DNA of 64,000 bases, taken from the NCBI GenBank assembly GCA_964343575.1, contig CAYFJV010000001.1, forward strand, positions 348,705 to 412,704. Reading direction: 5' to 3'. The notes beneath the pieces are model-generated. The model worked only from the letters and a program-made list of their open reading frames with translations, did not search any database and had not been told where the DNA came from. Made by a program: the position numbers and the translations under genes. Numbering within the stretch: the first letter of the stretch is position 1; each line of letters starts with the position of its first letter. This DNA comes from an uncultured Methanosarcinales archaeon. GTDB taxonomy: Archaea > Nanobdellota > Nanobdellia > Woesearchaeales > GW2011-AR9. This document shows, piece after piece, positions 27,782 to 37,750 of the stretch.

Positions 27782-28423
27782 ATGATGCAAAAAAGAAAGG
27801 GTTTAGTGCAAGTATATACGGGCGATGGGAAAGGTAAAACAACCGCCTCCCTTGGTTTAAGCTTGCGCGCAGTAGGCCAAGGTTTTAACGTCTTTATGAT
27901 CCAATACATGAAAGGTGGAGCTTACACTGGAGAATATGTTGCTGCTAAAAACCATCTTCCTAATTTTGAAATTGTACAGTTCGGTCGTCCTTGTATCAAA
28001 CAGCAAAAGCAGTTGAAATTAAAGGGATTTCATAAGCTGAGTACTGAAGATCAAAATAAGAAATTGTTTGATTATATCCGCGAGGATATTGAATGTGGTA
28101 CTTGTCGTTACTGTTTTCTCAACGATGAGATTCAAAAAGATTACATTAAGCGTGCTTTCAAAAAAAGTATGGAAGTAGTAACTTCTGGAAATTATCATTT
28201 GGTTGTACTCGATGAAATCAATGTTGCTCTGCAGCTTGGATTCTTAAGTGTAGCAGATGTTTTGGAGATGATTCGTCTCAAGCCAGAGCATGTAGAGTTA
28301 GTGATGACTGGTCGTGGTGTTCCTCAAGAAATAATTGATGCCGCGGATTTAGTGACTGAAATGAAGTTGCACAAACATTATTTTGATCAGGGAGTCATGG
28401 CAAGACGTGGAATTGAGTATTGA
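27782..28423 (+). CDS. cobO: Cob(I)alamin adenosyltransferase (CobO/BtuR) with Cys-rich insert
   Basis: YTGDGKGKTT, IQYMKG, VLDEIN, TGR, ADLVTEM, GIEY. Confidence 0.92.
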   Translation: MMQKRKGLVQVYTGDGKGKTTASLGLSLRAVGQGFNVFMIQYMKGGAYTGEYVAAKNHLPNFEIVQFGRPCIKQQKQLKLKGFHKLSTEDQNKKLFDYIREDIECGTCRYCFLNDEIQKDYIKRAFKKSMEVVTSGNYHLVVLDEINVALQLGFLSVADVLEMIRLKPEHVELVMTGRGVPQEIIDAADLVTEMKLHKHYFDQGVMARRGIEY

Positions 28424-28425
28424 AG

Positions 28426-29019
28426 TTATTCTTCAAACCTAACATATTCTCTTGGAGCTTCTATGCCTAAGGCTGCACTAACTGAGTCTGTTGATGTGTT
28501 TGATACCATTGTGAGAACAGCACCCACCTTAAGAAGAGATGAAGGGATGAGAATTGTTCGACTCCTGGAATATGCAGTGAAGATCTCTCCTAATTGTTCA
28601 TCTCCCATCAGAACAAGGACGTCCCTCCTGGCTGAGAGCTGAAGATCTCCTCTTCGTTGCTTCTTAAAAGTATAACTTGTTAAGTTTCCTTTCAAAGTAA
28701 CTTCTCTTTCTCTCACTGTCGATAAGGAGAGCTTAAGTACTTTGCCTTTAGAAATTTTACCAGCAACCCCCGAGCCAACCCTTCCTTCCTCCACTTGCAC
28801 ATCTGCAAGAAGTGTACTAAGTTCTTTTCTTATAGCGTCCAACCTTTGTTCTACAGCTTGTTCAAATCTTTTAGAAGTAGCTCCCCCCTCTATTCTTCTC
28901 AATTGGCTCGCAATCTCACGAAGAGAGGTCCCGAGAGAGGAAAGTCTCAATGCAATTGCATCTACTTCTTTTGAAGGTGGACGTCCAGCCTGTATTTTCT
29001 TGAAAAAACCAAATAACAT
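28426..29019 (-). CDS. hypothetical protein (N-terminal coiled coil)
   Basis: 197 aa ORF; no recognised motif. Confidence 0.55.
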   Translation of the reverse strand: MLFGFFKKIQAGRPPSKEVDAIALRLSSLGTSLREIASQLRRIEGGATSKRFEQAVEQRLDAIRKELSTLLADVQVEEGRVGSGVAGKISKGKVLKLSLSTVREREVTLKGNLTSYTFKKQRRGDLQLSARRDVLVLMGDEQLGEIFTAYSRSRTILIPSSLLKVGAVLTMVSNTSTDSVSAALGIEAPREYVRFEE

Positions 29020-29067
29020 TTTCTTAAAATTGATTACAGCTCCGTTTGAAGAAAGATAGTATAAGTA

Positions 29068-29517
29068 TTACCTTGTGAGAACAAATCTGTCAAAAAGGTT
29101 GTTCCCATACGCAAGATCTCTTCTTCTTACAATGAAATTTACTCTCTTTCCATCCTCAACGGTAGAAAATAAGGTGTGAGCAATGTCTAGCTCTATTCTT
29201 TCTCCTCTTCTTACATTGCGCCAACGTTCAAGCTCACTCCTGTTTTCGTCAAACTCAATTGTTGCCCCATCATCTCCCCCGTACTTTAAAACCATAAGAA
29301 GGTTTTCTCCTTCCATAGAGAAAAAATAATTTCCAAGATTTCCAGTGACACTTAATGGGTTTGCCCTTTGTTTTATCTGGCTAAGGCTTAGAGTAATTGT
29401 CCTTGGGCTCCCTGGAGGTCTCCTGCTTTTCAAAGCCCTTCTTAGAGTTTGTCTTCTTGGATCTTCTCTCCCCCTTGGTCTCGGAGGGCTCCACCTTGGA
29501 CCAGTAACTACTTCCAT
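29068..29517 (-). CDS. hypothetical protein
   Basis: 149 aa ORF with Pro/Arg-rich N-terminus. Confidence 0.5.
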   Translation of the reverse strand: MEVVTGPRWSPPRPRGREDPRRQTLRRALKSRRPPGSPRTITLSLSQIKQRANPLSVTGNLGNYFFSMEGENLLMVLKYGGDDGATIEFDENRSELERWRNVRRGERIELDIAHTLFSTVEDGKRVNFIVRRRDLAYGNNLFDRFVLTR

Positions 29518-29608
29518 ATCAATTGTAGTGATAAAATCGTTCTTAAACTTTTAGTACCACTCAATGGTGTAGTTAACAGAGAAAGTAACAAAATAAATTG
29601 AGAAAATA

Positions 29609-30709
29609 TCAAATCCTAAACTCTTCAATCTCTAAACGACCTTTCTTTGCTTTAATCACATAATTGTGCAAATCACTCAAGCCAGCCATTTTAGTTACAA
29701 GTGCAGGAAGTACCACTCGCTCTCCCTTAAATTGTAAGTTAGTAATTAATTCTCGTCCTTCTTGCCCATGCTTTGCTGCACTCTTTTCATCAAGTTGCAA
29801 CTCTTTCATAACATGACGCCCTTGCGTTGTCCTGCGCTCTTCAAGCGCCTTATGTGTTTGCTTAGCGAAGTATTTTGCAATCTCTACTGGAATGTCCACT
29901 GGTGAGACTGAACTAATTCCTTGTAAGCCGGGAGAAATGTTTGCTTCAATGACCATTGGGCCAAGAGGGCTTTCTAAAATATCTACTGCGCAAACATCCA
30001 AGTTCAATGCTTTTGCTGCTCGAACTGCCAAACTTGCCACGTCCCGGCTAAGCACAACAGCTGTTGCCATTCCGCCAGCATGTGTATTCGCACGTTTTTC
30101 ATCAACTTTTGCAATGCGCTTCATTCCAGCCACTGCTTTGTTTCCTACCACAATTACTCTAATATCAACGCCACCTGACTCGACATATTCTTGAATCAGA
30201 AATGGTTGATTTAATGCGCCTAAAGCATCAAGCAAAGAAGAAGCAGAAGGATAAGAGTCAGCAAACATAACGCCTTTACCATGGGTTCCTTCAGGAAACT
30301 TCATCACCACCGGATACTTTGTTCTTTTAAGAAGATCCTTCGCGCTTTCAATTCCTGGACCCACATAGGTTCTTGGCATAGGAATGTTGTGCTGTTCAAG
30401 CGCAAGATGAGTTAAGAGTTTATTGTGTACAATAGTAAAACCATCTGCAGGAAGCGGCAAGTAAGCTACCTTTCCTTGAAGCATACTAGTAATGGATCTT
30501 AGAAGTGGTGCGTAACGAAAAGATCCTTTTACATAGACACAATCATAGTCTGGGAATGGTTTTCCTTGATAGAGCAGCGCTGCTTCTTTTCCAAGCGCAA
30601 CTTCTACTTCTTTAAGGTTAATCATATCAACGTGATCAAAGTACTTTTTCATAGCTTCTGCTACCCATAACGAACTTTTGCTTCCTAAAGAAATGACTGC
30701 TGCCCTCAT
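29609..30709 (-). CDS. RimK/LysX-family ATP-grasp ligase with C-terminal extension
   Basis: NKLLT, PVVMK..GTHGKGV, IQEYV, DIRV.VVG, RANTHAGG, EANISPG. Confidence 0.88.
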   Translation of the reverse strand: MRAAVISLGSKSSLWVAEAMKKYFDHVDMINLKEVEVALGKEAALLYQGKPFPDYDCVYVKGSFRYAPLLRSITSMLQGKVAYLPLPADGFTIVHNKLLTHLALEQHNIPMPRTYVGPGIESAKDLLKRTKYPVVMKFPEGTHGKGVMFADSYPSASSLLDALGALNQPFLIQEYVESGGVDIRVIVVGNKAVAGMKRIAKVDEKRANTHAGGMATAVVLSRDVASLAVRAAKALNLDVCAVDILESPLGPMVIEANISPGLQGISSVSPVDIPVEIAKYFAKQTHKALEERRTTQGRHVMKELQLDEKSAAKHGQEGRELITNLQFKGERVVLPALVTKMAGLSDLHNYVIKAKKGRLEIEEFRI

Positions 30710-30755
30710 AATCTTTTTTTCACCATTAGTTTGTTTTGCTCATGCTTGCTTTTGC

Positions 30756-31103
30756 TCACTTTCGTAGAGGATCAACCAGGAACTCGCCTTTTTTCAAAAT
30801 ATTTTGTCCAATAAGCGCGGGAAAACTCATCCCTTCCCTATTAGCAATGGAAAATTCTCCTTTGATTTTTTTACCCTTAATTTCAACTTCAACTTCCACC
30901 ATATCTCGCATAGTCTTACCACTAGCTGACTTTACTAGCTTTTGCCTAATTACGGGCCCCAAGTCAAGCTGCTTTGCCAAAGATTCATCTAAGGATGAAC
31001 TTGTTGCTCCTGTATCAATCCTTGCTTGTACTTTGAGCTCTCTTGCGCTCTTTCCTTTCAAAAGAACCTCCTCAGAAAGTCCTAAGGTTTCCCTCTCCCC
31101 CAT
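30756..31103 (-). CDS. RimK-associated putative protease (ATP-dependent zinc protease family, retropepsin-like)
   Basis: ARIDTGATSSSLD, R..M.FPALIG, FLVDP. Confidence 0.85.
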   Translation of the reverse strand: MGERETLGLSEEVLLKGKSARELKVQARIDTGATSSSLDESLAKQLDLGPVIRQKLVKSASGKTMRDMVEVEVEIKGKKIKGEFSIANREGMSFPALIGQNILKKGEFLVDPLRK

Positions 31104-31188
31104 AGAAAAGAACGGCTGAAGAGAAGTTTTTAACCTTTTCCCCAAAAATCCCTAAACATTTATAAGCTGGTCTCTTTATAAATAAAGC

Positions 31189-31467
31189 ATGCAAGCACAA
31201 GCAATTGAAAGCACTGGACTAGTTCCTAACATGGAATATGATAGACTTTATGCGCAGATTGCTGAGCATGGTTATAAGAAAATTCTTATTCAGTTACCTG
31301 ACGGTCTGAAACCAAAAGCAGGAGAAATTCAAATGGCGCTTCTTAAGAAATTTCCTGAGCTGAAAATTACTTTTTGGGCAGGCGATTGTTTTGGTGCTTG
31401 TGATACTCCAGATATTAAAGGTTTTGATTTGTTTGTTGCCTTTGGACACAGTACTTGGAAGTATTAA
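31189..31467 (+). CDS. dph2: Diphthamide synthesis Dph2, stand-alone N-terminal domain
   Basis: ILIQLPDGLKP, CFGACD, FGHS, all Dph2 domain-1 motifs. Confidence 0.85.
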   Translation: MQAQAIESTGLVPNMEYDRLYAQIAEHGYKKILIQLPDGLKPKAGEIQMALLKKFPELKITFWAGDCFGACDTPDIKGFDLFVAFGHSTWKY

Positions 31468-31472
31468 ATAAA

Positions 31473-31727
31473 ATGAGATTTGAATATCGCCTTAAAGATG
31501 TCCCTGTTCTTCGAGAACTTTATGAAGGAATGAAAAGAAGATATGGAGATCTAGATGATGGTGATTATGTACATGCAGAAGTTGAGCTAAGACATGTTCT
31601 TCAAGTTGTAAGAATGGCAGAAGCAGAAGGGCTTGGCGATAGAAGAGGTCTTATTAATTCTGGTTTGCGTACTCTTTGTATCGTTGAAGAGAGAATGCTT
31701 AGGCTTGAGAGATTAGTGTTGGTCTAA
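31473..31727 (+). CDS. hypothetical protein
   Basis: 84 aa ORF directly after the dph2 N-terminal gene. Confidence 0.5.
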   Translation: MRFEYRLKDVPVLRELYEGMKRRYGDLDDGDYVHAEVELRHVLQVVRMAEAEGLGDRRGLINSGLRTLCIVEERMLRLERLVLV

Positions 31728-31802
31728 GAAAAAATCTCTTGTTGAAATATTTTCGATTTTCTAAAGAAAGATATTTATAGATAAAAGCTAACTAAGTAAA
31801 AT

Positions 31803-31973
31803 ATGGAAACCGTTACACTTCCAAAAGCAACTCTTGAGAACTTACAAATGGAGAACAAAAGGTTGCATAAAGAGGTAAAAATCCTTAGGAATACTAAACT
31901 CTATCGACGTCTTTTAGATGTTCTTGAAAATTTAAAAACAAAAGAGTACTCAAGAACAGATGTAGACCTCTGA
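31803..31973 (+). CDS. Small protein, candidate antitoxin (56 aa; not in ORF track)
   Basis: METVTLPKATLENLQMENKRLHKEVKILRNTKLYRRLLDVLENLKTKEYSRTDVDL; TTTATA box about 30 nt upstream. Confidence 0.55.
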   Translation: METVTLPKATLENLQMENKRLHKEVKILRNTKLYRRLLDVLENLKTKEYSRTDVDL

Positions 31974-32277
31974 TTATTCTTTTAATCACACCTTTGATTG
32001 TTTTTTGCTGTTTGTTTTTACCCTTCTTTATTTCCAGATCAAGTAAGATGATCTTTCTTGCAGTTTTTTGATAATGAAAATAAAGTCGCAAAGGAGGTCT
32101 CTTGCTTTTCATCTCATAGAGCCAAACCTTATTATCAAGGAGCTTTCCAGTAGTTGGCCCTTCAAGTTCTAATTGATCAAACCACCTTGTTAAGATTTTC
32201 TTGTAAGCACTATTTTTTGCCGCTTTTTCTAACTTCTTTTTAACAACTTTATCAAAGATAACAAAGTAAGCTTTCAC
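31894..32277 (-). CDS. RelE/HigB-like toxin
   Basis: Small basic protein; GKLL...LYEMK...LRLYF...IILL...KK pattern. Confidence 0.65.
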   Translation of the reverse strand: MKAYFVIFDKVVKKKLEKAAKNSAYKKILTRWFDQLELEGPTTGKLLDNKVWLYEMKSKRPPLRLYFHYQKTARKIILLDLEIKKGKNKQQKTIKGVIKRIIRGLHLFLSTLLFLNFQEHLKDVDRV

Positions 32278-32377
32278 AACTTAGAATTAGAATAAATCTT
32301 TTATCTGCCCTTTTGAAACAAATACGGAAATTTTTTGGTAACTACAAACTAGAAAATAAAATTAAGAGAAAAAGAAA

Positions 32378-33874
32378 TTAGCAATACTCTAAACCGATCA
32401 TATTTCCTCGGTTCAGTCGCATTCTTGGATCAAGCACTCTTTTCACTGCAGCAATTTCTCTCAATCCTTGATCACCGTACATCATATGAAGGTAAGGTTT
32501 TCCATCAATCATTTTTTTACCAACACCATGCTCTGCGGAAACTGTGCCACCTAATTGTACTGCTTTCCTTGCTAAGCCAGTATAAATCCTTAAAGCAACT
32601 TCTGCTTCAGCAGGATTTCTTGGAATAAGGTTGAGATGTAAATGATGGTTTCCTACATGACCGAAGAGTGCTGAATGTGGCCCTTCTGTTTGACAAGCAG
32701 CATCAAACCTGGAAATTGCTTCTCCATAAGCTGCCATCATTGCAGGAAATTGTTCTGCAGGGACTGCAAAATCTGTTCCTAATTTTCTCATTCTATATCT
32801 GGCTATGATCCCATTAATTGTTTCAGGGACAGCATGTCTAAAAGCAACTACTCGATGATCTTGCCAATTATCAACTACCCCATGTGCTTCATAAAGATCA
32901 GCCAAAACATGTTCTACTGCCTCATCTCCAGAGAAGTATTCGTATTGTACTGCACAAGCTGCTTTAGCTGGCAATTCAACTTCTTGTTTTCCACCAGCTA
33001 ATTCTAAAGAATTACGATCATAAAACTCTAAAGAAATAAGTCCTGTCCCTGTCTTTCCATCATATCTCTTTGGCCTTGCACTATCAATAAATCTTAGTGC
33101 AGCTTCTTGATTTTCAAAAAAGAAAAGGCCACTCTCAACATCTCTTCTTGGTTTTAGTCTTAAGCCAACTTGACTCACCGCTCCAAGAAGACCTTCACTT
33201 CCGATGAAAAGATCAATGGCATCCATCTCTGGCTTTGCATACAAACCTGCAGCATTTTTTCCAGGAAACATTCTATAAGATGGAACTGTCACTTCATAAA
33301 TTGTACCGCCTAAAGTAGTAAGCCTAAGTCTTCTTCCTTCTGCAGAAACTTCTCCTCTCCTTAAAGCAAGAACATCTCCATCGGCTAAAACTACTCTTAA
33401 ACTATCAATATTTTCTCGCATTGCTCCGAAAGCAAAAGTCCTTGTTCCGGAAGCATTGGTATTTGTTGCAGCACCTAACAAAGCATCACTCGCTGTTGGA
33501 TTTGGCATAAGCATTCCATGATCAGCAAGGACATGGTCAAGAGTCTGTAAAGAAATTCCTGGAGGAACAAGAGCTTCACTTTCTCTTAGTCCAATGGAAA
33601 CTGACCGTCCAATGACATCCTCATCATCTACTTGTCGGTAGCCATCAGGTAGTGCTGCTTTAAGCATTCTTTCTGTAGCAAGGATAATTCCGCCTTGAGT
33701 TGGAACACAACCACCAGTGACTCCAGTCCCAGCACCACGAAAGGTTACTAGATTAGAAGATGTTTGAAGAATTCTGACTAAATCTTTCTCGGTTTCTGGA
33801 GATTCAACGCTGTCAACCCTATCTGTCTCTACTCTTAATTGACTTTTATCTTGATATAAATCTACGCTAGCCAT
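32378..33874 (-). CDS. FAD-linked oxidase (GlcD / D-lactate dehydrogenase family)
   Basis: RGAGTGVTGG, TNASG, IGSEGLLG, GHVGNHHLH, SAEHGVG, LDP...LNRG. Confidence 0.9.
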   Translation of the reverse strand: MASVDLYQDKSQLRVETDRVDSVESPETEKDLVRILQTSSNLVTFRGAGTGVTGGCVPTQGGIILATERMLKAALPDGYRQVDDEDVIGRSVSIGLRESEALVPPGISLQTLDHVLADHGMLMPNPTASDALLGAATNTNASGTRTFAFGAMRENIDSLRVVLADGDVLALRRGEVSAEGRRLRLTTLGGTIYEVTVPSYRMFPGKNAAGLYAKPEMDAIDLFIGSEGLLGAVSQVGLRLKPRRDVESGLFFFENQEAALRFIDSARPKRYDGKTGTGLISLEFYDRNSLELAGGKQEVELPAKAACAVQYEYFSGDEAVEHVLADLYEAHGVVDNWQDHRVVAFRHAVPETINGIIARYRMRKLGTDFAVPAEQFPAMMAAYGEAISRFDAACQTEGPHSALFGHVGNHHLHLNLIPRNPAEAEVALRIYTGLARKAVQLGGTVSAEHGVGKKMIDGKPYLHMMYGDQGLREIAAVKRVLDPRMRLNRGNMIGLEYC

Positions 33875-34028
33875 TTTGTGCTTTTTGGATAAGTTTTAGT
33901 TTATATAATTTATTATTTCATAGAATCAGTTTTAAAATCTTTTAATTTATCTGTTAGAAAGTATTCTCTCTTTGAAAAATGAAAAATAAATGAATAAGAA
34001 TTACTTAAAAGAAAAAAGAAGAAATTAC

Positions 34029-34343
34029 TTAAGAATTAACCATCTCAATCTCGATGTTGAGACCCTCAGGGATTGGAACTCTCATGACAAGACGTAACGT
34101 TCTCTCATCTGTTCCAATATCAATCAAACGTTTATGGATACGCATTTCATAACGTTCCCAAGAAGCTTTACCCTCACCATCAGGAGATCTTCGAGTGGTT
34201 ACCTTTAATTTTTTAGTCGGAAGAGGAATAGGACCTCGCATACCAACGCCAGTTTTTTCAACAATTTCACCAATGCTTCCACAGATCTGATTGATCTTGG
34301 CGATATCGGTACTTGCTAATTTAATTCTTGCTCTTTGTGCCAT
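34029..34343 (-). CDS. rpsJ: 30S ribosomal protein uS10
   Basis: GPIPLPTK, RRSPDGEG, MRIHKRLID. Confidence 0.97.
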   Translation of the reverse strand: MAQRARIKLASTDIAKINQICGSIGEIVEKTGVGMRGPIPLPTKKLKVTTRRSPDGEGKASWERYEMRIHKRLIDIGTDERTLRLVMRVPIPEGLNIEIEMVNS

Positions 34344-34470
34344 TGTTGTTTGTAACCTTTATCACACAGCAAGCCATGCTTGCCATGCAACCCCTGTTGT
34401 GCGTGTTTGTCCACGCTTTATTAAAGTTTGTATTTGAAAATAATAAAAAAAGGAAAAAAGGATGCTAGAC

Positions 34471-35766
34471 TTATTGCATCTCTTTCTTCACAACATCCAT
34501 ACACATACCAGCTGCTACGGTAACTCCGGAGTCACGGATAGCGAATCTGGAAATCTGTGGGATGTCTGCGTTCTTCTCAATTACAAGAGGCTGTACTGGT
34601 CTGAACTTAACTACAGCTGCGTCACCGTTTTTCAAGATGTCCTTGTTCTCAGTGATTTCTGCTCCAGTTGCAGGGTTCATTTTCTTTACAATCTCAACTA
34701 ATTGACAAGCCACCTGAGCAGTGTGGATGTGGAATACAGGAGTGTATCCAACAGTTACAACACTTGGGTGGTTCATAATAACGATTTGCGCCGTGAATTC
34801 AGTTGCTACGGTAGGTACGTTATCAGCGTGTCCAAGAACGTCTCCACGAGCAAGGTCTTTCTTACCGAAACCACGTACGTTGAAACCTACGTTGTCTCCT
34901 GGACCTGCTTGTTGGTGCTGTTCGTGGTGCATCTCAATAGTTTTTACTTCACCAGTAATTCCCTTTCCTTCACGCCCAGGAACCGCAGTAACTTTGTCAC
35001 CGATCTTCATGATACCAGTCTCAACACGTCCTACAGGAACTACTCCGATACCAGTGATATTGTATACGTCCTGAATAGGAAGTCTCAAAGGTAAGTCGGT
35101 TGGTTTGGTAGGTACTTCGAAACCGTTAACTGCGGAAAGAAGAGTATCTCCAGTCCACCATGGCATCTTGTCGCTGTTTTTAGTAATGTTATCACCAGGC
35201 AAGGAAGCGATAGGGATAAATCGAACTTTATCAACTGCCCATCCAGCTCTTGCTGCGTGAGTTTTTACTTCTTCAACAACTTCTTTGTATCTTGCTTCAG
35301 AGTAATCTACTCCAGAAATGTCCATTTTGTTTACTGCTACAACAAGCTGACCTACACCAAAGATCTTGGTAAGCATTAAGTGCTCTTTGGTTTGTGCGTT
35401 CACACCGTCGTTTGCTGCAACTACAAGTACAGCACAGTCTGCTTGGGAAGCTCCAGTGATCATGTTCTTAACGAAATCTCTGTGACCAGGTGCATCAATT
35501 ACAGTAAAGTAATATTTGTCAGTATGGAACTGCTTGTGAGCTAGATCGATAGTTACTCCACGCTCTTGCTCTTCTTTCAAGTTGTCCATAACAAAAGCAA
35601 ACTCAAAACCAGATTTTCCTAGCTGAGCTGCTTTTTCTTTGAGTTTTCTCATTGTCTGCTCATCGATATCTCCTGCATCGAAAAGAAGACGTCCTACAGT
35701 AGTAGATTTACCGTGGTCTACGTGACCTACGAAGACTAAATTAATGTGTTCTTTGTTCTTTGCCAT
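34471..35766 (-). CDS. tuf: Elongation factor 1-alpha
   Basis: [33 protein letters not shown]. Confidence 0.98.
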   Translation of the reverse strand: MAKNKEHINLVFVGHVDHGKSTTVGRLLFDAGDIDEQTMRKLKEKAAQLGKSGFEFAFVMDNLKEEQERGVTIDLAHKQFHTDKYYFTVIDAPGHRDFVKNMITGASQADCAVLVVAANDGVNAQTKEHLMLTKIFGVGQLVVAVNKMDISGVDYSEARYKEVVEEVKTHAARAGWAVDKVRFIPIASLPGDNITKNSDKMPWWTGDTLLSAVNGFEVPTKPTDLPLRLPIQDVYNITGIGVVPVGRVETGIMKIGDKVTAVPGREGKGITGEVKTIEMHHEQHQQAGPGDNVGFNVRGFGKKDLARGDVLGHADNVPTVATEFTAQIVIMNHPSVVTVGYTPVFHIHTAQVACQLVEIVKKMNPATGAEITENKDILKNGDAAVVKFRPVQPLVIEKNADIPQISRFAIRDSGVTVAAGMCMDVVKKEMQ

Positions 35767-36006
35767 TGTATTTTTACTCCTCACTTAATTTCTATTATGA
35801 TTCTTTCCCAAAACTCTCAAAACACCCCTGTTTTTAGTATATGTAGCGTGATTTGGGATTAGTTGGCAAACACGATGGCTCCTTTATAAATATTTCGCCT
35901 GGGAAAGAGGAGAGAAAGCAGGGAAAAACGAGGAGAAAGAGATGAAAATAAAGAGAAAAGGGAAGAAATCTGGCCATAGTTTGTAAACTGATTTTAAGAG
36001 CTAAGC

Positions 36007-37110
36007 CTAGCTCGTCTTTTCAGCAACAAAGTCAAACATGGTTTCAATTGCTTGATCATTGCTCCCTTGAGAGATCCCAATGCTATGTCCAGAACCTTCT
36101 TCAATGAATGAATTAGCTTCGATTCCAATTTCTTCTAAGGCTGCTTCAAAATCAAGTGCTCGCTGCTCGTTAAACTTTGGATCAGCGGTCCCATGAAAAA
36201 ATTGCGCAGGAGGATCATTTGCATCCAGATAATTCATTGCACCTAAACGTGGTCCGCGAATATCCTCATAAATATCAATCTCATCGATGAGTTCTTGTGG
36301 TCCTAGAATATTCAACCCTTCCGGGCCAATTTCAATTGTTTCTGTATACTCGCTTGGGATAGTGTTTCCAAAGTTAGTACTCTCTCCGATATAAGCTGCA
36401 AAACTAAGATCATCATCTTGCACAGGACAGTTCGCAAGCCAGTCTTCTTCTTGATTGTAAGCAACAAGACTTGTAATGTAACCACCAAAGCTGTAACCAT
36501 GAAGCACAACAGTGTCAGTTTGAATACCGTGCACTTCTGCTAATTCCTTGAAACTTGCGACAGCACATGCGGTTGTGTGCGCTGAAGAGATCCCAACACT
36601 GTAGAGTCGAAAACCCCACTTGAAATCAGGGCTTACCACAACATAACCTTCTTCTGCGTAGAGAAGTGATCGGTCACGCATGTTACTTTTCCTGCCTGCA
36701 TTAGAGTCCCCTCCGTGCACGACAAAAACAATTGGACTTTCTTGCACATCTTCTAAAACTCCTTCATAATAAATGTCAAAACGAAAGTTGATATCGTCTC
36801 CGTAAGGAACATCTTTGATAATGGTGACATCACCCACTATTTCTTTCTCATAATCTTCAAAATCAGTTATTTCAGTGATATCAAAATCTGCTCCGTAATA
36901 TTCTTCATGAAAGAGTGCTACTTCCTCCTCTGTTGCATCATAATACTCGTTGAGATCAATCCCTTCTTGCCTTAGAGTTTCTGGATCGTCAATGGGTTGG
37001 AGACTATCGACATCAATGTCTCCTGCGTCTGGAGTTTGTGCGCAGGCTGTGATCAAGAGCGTTGCTATGAGCAGAAGAGAGAATAAAAAGGTTTGTTGGA
37101 AGGATTTCAT
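36007..37110 (-). CDS. Exported alpha/beta-hydrolase lipoprotein (acidic)
   Basis: ITAC lipobox, VHGG, GYSFGG nucleophile elbow, HGTAD, GSGH. Confidence 0.85.
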   Translation of the reverse strand: MKSFQQTFLFSLLLIATLLITACAQTPDAGDIDVDSLQPIDDPETLRQEGIDLNEYYDATEEEVALFHEEYYGADFDITEITDFEDYEKEIVGDVTIIKDVPYGDDINFRFDIYYEGVLEDVQESPIVFVVHGGDSNAGRKSNMRDRSLLYAEEGYVVVSPDFKWGFRLYSVGISSAHTTACAVASFKELAEVHGIQTDTVVLHGYSFGGYITSLVAYNQEEDWLANCPVQDDDLSFAAYIGESTNFGNTIPSEYTETIEIGPEGLNILGPQELIDEIDIYEDIRGPRLGAMNYLDANDPPAQFFHGTADPKFNEQRALDFEAALEEIGIEANSFIEEGSGHSIGISQGSNDQAIETMFDFVAEKTS

Positions 37111-37169
37111 CTTGGAGCAAGGGTAGAAAAAATTGTTTATTAATCTTTCCTGGAACGAGAAAATATTCT

Positions 37170-37559
37170 TTATCCTCTAGGGAAGTAATGCTCAGTAAAA
37201 CAAGCATTACCTATGTCTAATTTCGCAGCTTCTTCAAAATGTTTGCGAGCAGAACTTGGTTGGAACAAGGCATTGTACGTAAAACCGAGGAGCAAATGGG
37301 CTTTTGCATTTTCTGGATCCAAATGTAAGCAAGTCTCAAGACTTGAGGCAGCCAGCTCATAAAATTCAGGAAAATATTCTCCAAGCTTGTGATAAAGGCA
37401 ACCAAGTATGCGATAGTCAGAAGCGTCTGCACTTCCTTCTTGAACAAGTTGTTCGTAGGCTTCTGATTGCCGGCGAAGAGCATCAAAATGAGCTAAAGAA
37501 CGTTCCCCTAGAAAAGAGGAAGAAGGGCTACTAAAGCCTTTATTTCGCTTACATACCAT
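37170..37559 (-). CDS. TPR-repeat protein
   Basis: LG.LY..LG, LDPENAKAHLLLG.TY, A.KHFEEA.KLD. Confidence 0.75.
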   Translation of the reverse strand: MVCKRNKGFSSPSSSFLGERSLAHFDALRRQSEAYEQLVQEGSADASDYRILGCLYHKLGEYFPEFYELAASSLETCLHLDPENAKAHLLLGFTYNALFQPSSARKHFEEAAKLDIGNACFTEHYFPRG

Positions 37560-37750
37560 CTTGGAGCGAGGAAGAGCGAAGGAGAATAAAGGTTCTGCCG
37601 CACTTTTGCGGTTTTGTGTCTAAATGTTTTTTTTGGAAACATTATTTTGAGTTATTTTTACTTCTTTTGTTTTATTTTTGTCCGAAAATTGCTTTTTCTT
37701 TGAAAAGATTTATAATATTTTTAGTTCATTTCTTGTTCATGGAAGGAGGC

